Shown: in pieces, positions 57,688-64,000 of the stretch
Numbering within the stretch: position 1 is the first letter of the stretch
How the letters are laid out: the number at the start of each line of letters is the position of its first letter
Source: an uncultured Candidatus Melainabacteria bacterium
GTDB lineage: Bacteria; Cyanobacteriota; Vampirovibrionia; Gastranaerophilales; Gastranaerophilaceae
Reading direction: 5' to 3'
Length of the DNA stretch: 64,000 nucleotides
Assembly: GCA_932182025.1 (NCBI GenBank)
Contig: CAKNXK010000010.1
Coordinates: forward strand, 60,245-124,244
The notes under the pieces: model-generated
Database searches by the model: none
What the model was told of the DNA's origin: nothing
Seen by the model: the letters and a program-made list of their open reading frames with translations, nothing else
Program-made: the position numbers and the translations under genes

Positions 57688-59117
57688 TGAATATCAATCA
57701 AAATACACCATCCATGCCGGCTTGCTTGGAAGAAATTTATACTCTTTTTTGCAATAGATACATTAATCTTAAACCAAGTGTTATTCTAAATATTCTCATT
57801 GTTAAAACCGCTCAAATGTTAACAAGTAAAAGAATTTTAATTGATGAGGTTGGCAGATATATTATTCCAAATTGGTTTAGTATGGTATTTGTATCAAGTG
57901 GATTTGGTAAAGATAGAATTGTAAAAGACTATAACGAACTCGTTTTTAAAGATTTCATAAATTGGTTTAAAAATAGTGCAAAAGCTTTTTATGATAATAA
58001 AGTTAATGAAATCAAAGTTATTGCGGATGAAAAATACTCAACTTCCAAACAAGAAACTTTGCGAGAAAATTATATATCCAATGAGATGGAAAAATTTCGA
58101 AATTTAGTTATTGAAATGCAAGATGGTACTCAAGAAGGATTATATGCTGATGCTAAAGCTTTTAAACAAGCTGATTTTGGAAGTTTATTTATAACAATTA
58201 CAGAATTTGGAAAGTATATTCAAGCTTCTACAACAGATAAAGAATTATTCATTAATTGTTTATATCAAGCATACGATGGCAAGATTTTAAATAAATGCAC
58301 AAAAACTTTTAGCAGAGAAGCTGATATTACAGATATACCAGTAAACACATTGTTATATTCAGATCATAATTTAATTCTTGGAGAATTAAAGCATGCGATT
58401 TCAGGTTTGCTGCAAACTGGATTCAGCCGAAGATTTACAATAGGATTTCAAGCTGATTCGGTGCTTAAATGTGATAATCTAAGTTATGAAGCCGAACGGA
58501 TATTTAATAATAATGCGAAAAAATTGGGTTATAAATTATTTGAAAAATTTAAAGCAACAGTTAGTAATACTTCTTATAAGCTTTTGCCTGAATCAAAAGA
58601 AATTCTTAACAATTACAAGAAAAAGTGCATTGATATCTACAATAATACAGATAATAAATATTTAAAGTTGGAAATCAATTCCAGAGATTTTAAGGCTCTT
58701 AAACTGGCAGGATTATATGCTTGTCTAAATCATCCAACAGATGAGGTAATTAATCCGAATGATGTTAAACAAGCAATTTCAACAGTCGAATTTTTAAGCA
58801 ACGATATACAAGAATTACTAAATTATCGTACAAAAAGTAATGACATATATGATAGAGCATTTCAATTCTTCTTTGAGCATCTTGGAGAATCTTTCAATAA
58901 AACAGAGCTTACATACAAACATCATTCTGATATTGGTATTTCTCGAGATAAATTTAGGAAAAATTTTAATGAAATTATAGATGTTGTTAAAAACATTGCA
59001 ATGGATAAAGGGTATTTATTTAAAGAAACACCTATTAACAACAACTCCGGCATGCAATATTGTTTAATAAAAATTGATATTGATAACTCATTACCATCTT
59101 TATCCGATATATTATAA
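57687..59117 (+). CDS. DUF3987-like replication-associated protein (tentative)
   Basis: P-loop-like VSSGFGKDR and a downstream acidic/hydrophobic stretch. It sits between the excisionase-like and primase genes, as in P4-like and PICI-like elements. Family assignment is from memory only. Confidence 0.35.
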   Translation: MNINQNTPSMPACLEEIYTLFCNRYINLKPSVILNILIVKTAQMLTSKRILIDEVGRYIIPNWFSMVFVSSGFGKDRIVKDYNELVFKDFINWFKNSAKAFYDNKVNEIKVIADEKYSTSKQETLRENYISNEMEKFRNLVIEMQDGTQEGLYADAKAFKQADFGSLFITITEFGKYIQASTTDKELFINCLYQAYDGKILNKCTKTFSREADITDIPVNTLLYSDHNLILGELKHAISGLLQTGFSRRFTIGFQADSVLKCDNLSYEAERIFNNNAKKLGYKLFEKFKATVSNTSYKLLPESKEILNNYKKKCIDIYNNTDNKYLKLEINSRDFKALKLAGLYACLNHPTDEVINPNDVKQAISTVEFLSNDIQELLNYRTKSNDIYDRAFQFFFEHLGESFNKTELTYKHHSDIGISRDKFRKNFNEIIDVVKNIAMDKGYLFKETPINNNSGMQYCLIKIDIDNSLPSLSDIL

Positions 59118-59290
59118 AAGCTTGCAAACCAGATAAAGTTGTTAATGGCAAGGATTGAGATTGTTTTTAAGGTTAGCTTCTATGTTACTCCGGTTAGCGC
59201 TATTAACCGGGGTAACACAAGAAGTAACAATTAAAAGACAAAAATAACAATACTTTAACTGTAATAACTGTATTAACGAAAGGAATTAAA

Positions 59291-60235
59291 ATGACTGATT
59301 TAACATTAGATGTACTTATAAAATATTTAGGCGAACCTGTTAGAAAAAGAGGTGCAGAATATGAATGGCAATGCCCTTATTGCCAAGACAGAGGGGAAGA
59401 TAATTTAAAATTTAATGAAAATAAAGGTATCTTGTATTGTTTTGCAAACCCAGAACACTCAAGGACTATTCTTAAAACAATAAGTCAAAATGAAGGTGGA
59501 TTAAATTTTAAAGTAGATTATAATAAAAATTTTGATTTTGAATTGGAATTAGAACTGAATGAATTTGAAACGCAAGAAAAACAGAAATCAGATGAAGAAC
59601 GCTTCTTAGACTTTGCATTTGATATGGAAGCATATAATGCAGAACTTTTAAGGGATAAAAAAGCGTTAGAGTTATTATTACAGAAAAGAGGAATTACTGC
59701 TAATACTGCTGAAGAAATTAAAATTGGAATCAATCGAGAAGCAAATCGATGGGCAATTCCAACAATTCAGTATGAAACTAATATATATGAAGACTCCTTT
59801 TTACCCAGAGTTATTGGATTTGAATATCGCCCATTAGATTTTAGTAAGAAAGAATTAACTCGAGAAAAAGACTGTCCTACCCATTTAGCACAAATTAATA
59901 AATACACAGATAAAACACAGATTTTGACGGTTATAGAAGGCTATTTTGACGGTTACTTACTTTATCAATACTTAAAAGAAAAAGGAATTGCAGATTTATA
60001 TCATATAGTAACCCCTTGCAACGGTGTTAATAGTTTGATTAAACAAATTGATGAAGTAAATTTTACAAAATACAAAAAGTTTGAACTATTTTTAGATAAT
60101 GATGAATCGGGACAAAGAGTCGCTGATAAGATATTAGAAAAGTATCCATTTTTTACGAAAATAGAACTAAATTGTGGGTGTAAAGATTTTAACGAACACT
60201 ATTTGAAGTGTATTAAGAAAATACACGAAAGTTGA
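59291..60235 (+). CDS. Zinc-ribbon + Toprim domain DNA primase-like protein
   Basis: CPYCQDRGEDNLKFNENKGILYCFANPEH zinc-binding motif. Toprim Glu (VIEGYFDGY) and DxD (LFLDNDESGQ). Confidence 0.65.
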   Translation: MTDLTLDVLIKYLGEPVRKRGAEYEWQCPYCQDRGEDNLKFNENKGILYCFANPEHSRTILKTISQNEGGLNFKVDYNKNFDFELELELNEFETQEKQKSDEERFLDFAFDMEAYNAELLRDKKALELLLQKRGITANTAEEIKIGINREANRWAIPTIQYETNIYEDSFLPRVIGFEYRPLDFSKKELTREKDCPTHLAQINKYTDKTQILTVIEGYFDGYLLYQYLKEKGIADLYHIVTPCNGVNSLIKQIDEVNFTKYKKFELFLDNDESGQRVADKILEKYPFFTKIELNCGCKDFNEHYLKCIKKIHES

Positions 60236-60321
60236 AAACATATTGAAAATAATTTATAATAGCTTTAGTTAAATGCGTTATATGGCATGATTAGGTTTAT
60301 TATTGAATTTTTAAGGTTAGT

Positions 60322-61626
60322 ATGGCAGATAAAATTACTCCTGAAGCATTTGAAGATGATATGTTAAGCAGAAAAAACATCGCTGAACATTTTAAACAAA
60401 TTTTATTAAATACAGATGTTAATGTATTTAGTGTTGTTGCTCCTTGGGGTGCAGGAAAAAGCTATTTTATAAATAATTTAGTAAAATTAATAGAAAAAGA
60501 CACAATTTCCATTCTCTATAATGCCTGGGAATCTGATTTTTATCATTCACCATTAATCCCTTTATTAGTTGAATTATTGAACAAACTTGAAAATTGTGCT
60601 CAAACAAAAGAACTTGAAAAAGATATTGAGTGGAGTAAAAATTTTGCTCAAAAAATATGTTCAAGCACAACTTTTCAAGTGGGAATTGATATGGGAATAG
60701 TAAATTGCTCTGCAAATTTCGATCCAGCAAAAAAATTAAATGAATCGGAGTATCTTGAATTAAAGTCCAAAATTCAAGAATTCAAGCTAAAATTACAATC
60801 TATTCAGAAAAAACTGGACAAGAAAATAATTATATTTATTGATGAATTAGACCGATGCCATCCAATGTACACAATTAAAACACTCGAAGTTATTAAACAT
60901 TTCTTTGGAATTCCTAATATAATTTTTGTTTTAGCAGTTGATAAAATTCAAATTGAGAATTCTGTAAGAACAATTTATGGAATAAATAAAGGCGAAGAAA
61001 ATGGTTATTTGAGAAAATTCATTGATGTCGAGTTTCAATTGCCAGAATATAACTCCAAAGAATTTATTGCAGTACATTTAATGAAAATTTGGAATAAAAT
61101 TGAAAAATTTATTCAACATGGTAAATATTATAATTACAAACAAAAAAATAATTCTCCAGATGAAGCAATTAAATTATGCGATTTTATTTTTATTTTAACC
61201 AATTTATTCAAATTAAGCTTAAGAGATATTGAAAAATTGTTTATGCGAATAGAGCTTACTTTAGATGCGTTATCTAAAAAGGATGTATTACTAATAGAAC
61301 CTTGCATTATTTTTAATTTACTATCAATTTACAAAGCTGAAGCAACAAATAACTACATTGAGTTAACGGGATCTGAAAAAATTCAAGACATAAACAATGC
61401 TATTCTGCCATATTGGAAAGGATTATTTCTGAATTCATATAAAAAAACTATTGATAATTCGTTTGCTCTTGATGAAATCAAAGAAAATACAGTTACTGAT
61501 AATGCAACAAATTTAAGGTTATTTTTACAAAATACAGTTTCTAGTAGTGTTATTGAACAAGAAGAATATTTAAGAGATTATCCAATGAAAATTAAATTTA
61601 TTAATAATTTTCAATCGTTTGATTAA
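60322..61626 (+). CDS. KAP-family P-loop NTPase
   Basis: Walker A VVAPWGAGKSYFINNL. The extended Walker B IIFIDELDRC is characteristic of KAP NTPases. Confidence 0.85.
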   Translation: MADKITPEAFEDDMLSRKNIAEHFKQILLNTDVNVFSVVAPWGAGKSYFINNLVKLIEKDTISILYNAWESDFYHSPLIPLLVELLNKLENCAQTKELEKDIEWSKNFAQKICSSTTFQVGIDMGIVNCSANFDPAKKLNESEYLELKSKIQEFKLKLQSIQKKLDKKIIIFIDELDRCHPMYTIKTLEVIKHFFGIPNIIFVLAVDKIQIENSVRTIYGINKGEENGYLRKFIDVEFQLPEYNSKEFIAVHLMKIWNKIEKFIQHGKYYNYKQKNNSPDEAIKLCDFIFILTNLFKLSLRDIEKLFMRIELTLDALSKKDVLLIEPCIIFNLLSIYKAEATNNYIELTGSEKIQDINNAILPYWKGLFLNSYKKTIDNSFALDEIKENTVTDNATNLRLFLQNTVSSSVIEQEEYLRDYPMKIKFINNFQSFD

Positions 61627-61885
61627 ATTCAAATGCATAATAATTTAACTTTCTTATAATTTATAATACGCTCTTGCGCCATCATAATTATAGTCATTAG
61701 GAAGTATATAGTAATAGATGATATGCTCTAAATTCTTATCAACCCCGATAGCGGTGAAGTTTGGGAAATATTGTTTATAATAAGCTTCATTTTCTTTGTC
61801 TTTTAATACATAAAAAGTAAAACCATCTATTCATAACGTATTTTATTTAGCCATATTTTCTTTTTAACTTTGGGTTCTTCAAAAT

Positions 61886-63688
61886 TTGTTATATAATCTG
61901 TTTGTGAACTATAAAGATGTAAAAAAAGCCTTTATCTCAATATTAATATTCATATCTTATCATAACTTATGTTATGCAGCTGAAGATTGCTCTTTTAAAG
62001 TCTTAAAAGTCCTTGATGGTGATACTGTTTATATTGATTTTAACAAAAATGGAATTGCTGACGCAGAAGAACGAGTGCGAATAAATGGGATTGATACCTT
62101 TGAAGTCAAGCCAAATGTTTATTTAGATTGGCAGATGAAACGTTTTAATTTGACTCAGGATGAAGCTCTTGGCTTGGGCTATTTAGGCAAAGAGTTTGCA
62201 AAAAAGGAATTACTAAATAAACATATAAAAGCTGAATACACCGCAGAAAGAAAATTTGATGCAAATAATCGCCCACTAATGTCGATTTATTATGATTGCA
62301 ACAGACATGGGAAGTGCAAAAACTACGAGCAAGAAGTCTTAAAAGCCGGACTTGCAACTGTTTATACAAAATCAAATATAGCAGAAGAATTAAGACCGTA
62401 TGAAAACTGGAATAAAATCCGAGCTAACATGGAAAAAGCACATCAACTTAATTTGGTTGTGCTAAACTTGAAAAACGGTAAATATCATAAGACCGCTTGC
62501 GAAAATGGTTGGATAGCAAGTCGACAAGAATTAATAAAACAATCTAAAAAATATTCACCTGCAGCTTGCTGTTATAAACTTCCTGACAGAAAACATAAAA
62601 ATTACACTCACAAAAATATTAAATTGAAAAATGATATTAATTTATATTTTGTAGATCCGACACAAAATGAATTTCCACAAAATGAATGTACTTCGGATAA
62701 TTGCAAAGCATTACTAAATGTTATTAGGAGCGCTAATTATACGATTGATTTTGCTTTATATGGATTTAATGAACAGGATGACATTCTAGATGCATTAATT
62801 CAAGCTCAGAATAGAGGTGTTAAAATCAGAGGAGTTGTTGATAAAGACGAAGCGGAAATATATAACGATACAAAAAAATTATTCAAATATTTTAAAGAAC
62901 TTAAAACAGATACCGTATCTTCAATTGCAAAAAAAGAACAGTATGACAAATTTACAAGAGCGCGCAATGCTTTGATGCATAATAAGTTTTTTATTGTTGA
63001 TGATAAATATGTTTGGACTGGTTCAACAAATGTATCCTCAAGCTGTATGACATTTCATGCAAATTCTGCCATTTTAATTAATTCTTCACAGATTGCAAAT
63101 TTGTATAAAAAAGAATTTGAACAAATGTTTGTAAATGGGAAATTTCACAATGATAAAGAATTAATTATCAATAATGAACATATACTACTTAATAATGGAA
63201 AAACAGAGATTTCAATATATTTTTCGCCAAAAACAGAAGCCATTACGAATTATGTTATTCCCATAATTAGAAACTCAAAAAAATCAATTCATATATCGAT
63301 GTTTTATTTGACTCACAGAAAAATAGTTGAAGACTTAGTTAATGCTAAAGCTCGAGGTGTTGATGTGAAAATTATTCTTGATGGAGATTTTGTCGCAGAT
63401 GGTTATTCTCCACATGAAAAATTAAGAAACGCAAATATCCCAGTAAAAATAGAAAATTGGAACAGTCGCATGCATATGAAAAATGCAGTTATTGACAATC
63501 ATATTTCCATTTTAGGCTCAACAAATTGGACATCAACTGCAGAACTTGTGAACGATGAAAATATGTTAATTGTAGTTGATGACCAAATTGCCAAAGAAGT
63601 TGAAAACAACTTCCAAAAAATGTGGAATAAAATACCTAATAATTGGTTATATTTAACTCCTGAATTTCGAGTAAAACCTAGAAAATAA
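61886..63688 (+). CDS. Secreted nuclease fusion: SNase (thermonuclease) + Cys-rich 'KYHxxxC...CC' module + two PLD/HKD domains
   Basis: Signal/TM segment KKAFISILIFISYHNLCYA. SNase motifs LDGDTVYID, RINGIDTFE, NNRPLMSIYY and AGLATVY. HKD motifs HNKFFIVDD...GSTN and HMKNAVIDN...GSTNWT...NDEN. The start codon is uncertain (TTG at 61886 or GTG at 61904). Confidence 0.85.
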   Translation: MLYNLFVNYKDVKKAFISILIFISYHNLCYAAEDCSFKVLKVLDGDTVYIDFNKNGIADAEERVRINGIDTFEVKPNVYLDWQMKRFNLTQDEALGLGYLGKEFAKKELLNKHIKAEYTAERKFDANNRPLMSIYYDCNRHGKCKNYEQEVLKAGLATVYTKSNIAEELRPYENWNKIRANMEKAHQLNLVVLNLKNGKYHKTACENGWIASRQELIKQSKKYSPAACCYKLPDRKHKNYTHKNIKLKNDINLYFVDPTQNEFPQNECTSDNCKALLNVIRSANYTIDFALYGFNEQDDILDALIQAQNRGVKIRGVVDKDEAEIYNDTKKLFKYFKELKTDTVSSIAKKEQYDKFTRARNALMHNKFFIVDDKYVWTGSTNVSSSCMTFHANSAILINSSQIANLYKKEFEQMFVNGKFHNDKELIINNEHILLNNGKTEISIYFSPKTEAITNYVIPIIRNSKKSIHISMFYLTHRKIVEDLVNAKARGVDVKIILDGDFVADGYSPHEKLRNANIPVKIENWNSRMHMKNAVIDNHISILGSTNWTSTAELVNDENMLIVVDDQIAKEVENNFQKMWNKIPNNWLYLTPEFRVKPRK

Positions 63689-64000
63689 TTAGTATATTTC
63701 TATCAAATTTTTAAAATTAGATTCTTTATCCAATTTTTTATTCATATATTTTTCTTTTATTTGTTTTATATTTTCAGGTTTGATAAGCTCTTCTAGTGTT
63801 ATATCAGAACGCCAACCAAAATGCCCTTTTTTGATATCTTTGCAGTTTTTATATTCATAGTCCATAGCTTTTTTATATAGTTCAGGGTGATGTTCATACA
63901 AATTTAACCATTCCATTTTTGACTGATAGAAGCAGAAAAAGCATCCTGAACGAGATTTCCATTTCATGTATTCAGGTAAACCTATTCCAGAATTATTCAA
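63689..64000 (-). CDS. PAPS-reductase-family protein, C-terminal part only (gene continues beyond the window)
   Basis: KSRSGCFFCFYQ resembles the C-terminal Cys motif of the PAPS reductase/DndC-like superfamily. The ORF is open to the window edge. Confidence 0.5.
   Translation of the reverse strand: MNNSGIGLPEYMKWKSRSGCFFCFYQSKMEWLNLYEHHPELYKKAMDYEYKNCKDIKKGHFGWRSDITLEELIKPENIKQIKEKYMNKKLDKESNFKNLIEIY

Larger units (their letters stand above)
46164..64000. mobile_element. tRNA-Asn-associated integrative island (satellite/IME-like) that runs off the right edge of the window
   Basis: A tRNA 3' fragment whose broken end faces a tyrosine integrase 170 bp away. This is followed by excisionase-like, DUF3987-like and primase genes plus R-M, KAP NTPase and nuclease cargo. 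The right boundary is not in the window. Confidence 0.6.

Noticed and set aside
59164-59176. The 13-nt repeat tttttaaggttag occurs upstream of the primase gene (59164-59176) and immediately before the KAP NTPase start (60309-60321).
   Set aside because: It is short and AT-rich, and exact matches of this length are expected by chance. In the second copy it simply contains the RBS.
57687-60235. A PARIS-like (AriA ATPase + AriB Toprim) defence pair, given an ATPase-like protein followed by a Toprim protein on a satellite-like island.
   Set aside because: The first protein lacks an N-terminal ABC-type Walker A and ABC signature. The second has a primase-type zinc ribbon plus a DnaG-like Toprim. 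Their position after an excisionase-like gene fits a replication module better.
61654-61830. A minus-strand open stretch of ~58 codons (…DGFTFYVLKDKENEAYYKQYFPNFTAIGVDKNLEHIIYYYILPNDYNYDGARAYYKL*) lies between the KAP NTPase and nuclease genes. It could be the remnant of an immunity or other gene.
   Set aside because: It has no in-frame ATG, GTG or TTG and is directly preceded by an in-frame TGA. It has no RBS and no recognisable homology. At best it is a decayed fragment.
1-64000. CRISPR arrays, rRNA genes, intact tRNA genes, transposase/IS elements, and reverse transcriptases (retron/DGR).
   Set aside because: Reading both strands showed no regularly spaced direct-repeat array, no rRNA-like conserved blocks, no further TPsiC-arm/acceptor pattern besides 46164-46205 (and its decayed look-alike at 44162-44186), and no transposase or RT motifs in any ORF. 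This was manual inspection only, so short or degenerate elements could have been missed.

Overview
This is an AT-rich bacterial chromosome segment. Positions 1 to about 44.1 kb are core, housekeeping DNA. They encode a HEAT-repeat protein, a sugar ABC permease, a GT4 glycosyltransferase, a four-headed GntR protein, LdcA, YidC, PflA, RNase E/G next to a large radical-SAM protein, the flagellar hook module fliJ-fliK-flgD-flgE, yggS-sepF, a two-piece pyruvate formate-lyase, a DtxR-like regulator, nadA, mnmA, bioB, ftsY, nusB, deoB, a 58-aa ferredoxin missed by the ORF track, a ferredoxin-nitroreductase, uvrC-uvrA, a UbiA-family prenyltransferase, TPR proteins, recG and a divergent hybrid-cluster-protein homologue. 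The combination of yggS-sepF synteny, a long NusB, an RNase E with an Arg-rich tail, flagella, PFL-based fermentation and no photosynthesis genes fits a non-photosynthetic cyanobacteria-related lineage (Melainabacteria/Vampirovibrionia-like); this is inference only. From about 44.16 kb the window is accessory DNA. First comes a ~2 kb AT-rich remnant with an S8-like peptidase, bounded by a decayed tRNA-3'-end-like sequence. Next is a clean 42-nt 3' fragment of tRNA-Asn(GTT) at 46164-46205, followed by a tyrosine integrase and an island that runs off the window. The island carries a DinD/Bro-N-like gene, a 35-aa basic ORF plus a 282-aa unknown, a Type III R-M (mod-res) with a divergent XRE/C-like regulator and a trailing secreted YD-like repeat protein, a 446-aa unknown, an excisionase-like HTH, a DUF3987-like protein, a Zn-ribbon/Toprim primase, a KAP P-loop NTPase, a secreted SNase + 2xPLD nuclease fusion and a truncated PAPS-reductase-family gene. 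The four observations I rate highest are these. (1) PFL is split into a catalytic cistron and a detached glycyl-radical cistron, joined by a 42-nt in-frame spacer holding a 13-bp hairpin. (2) A promoter-driven 23-aa hydrophobic peptide gene at 39.2-39.5 kb has mRNA ends that form a perfect 18-bp helix and a start region sequestered by a 10-bp helix, which resembles a type I toxin. (3) The tRNA-Asn island looks like a satellite or integrative element carrying a defence-type cargo of mostly uncharacterised genes around the Type III R-M and the KAP NTPase/nuclease/PAPS-reductase cluster. (4) A GC-rich structured leader lies upstream of the small ferredoxin. No rRNA gene, intact tRNA gene or CRISPR array was seen.
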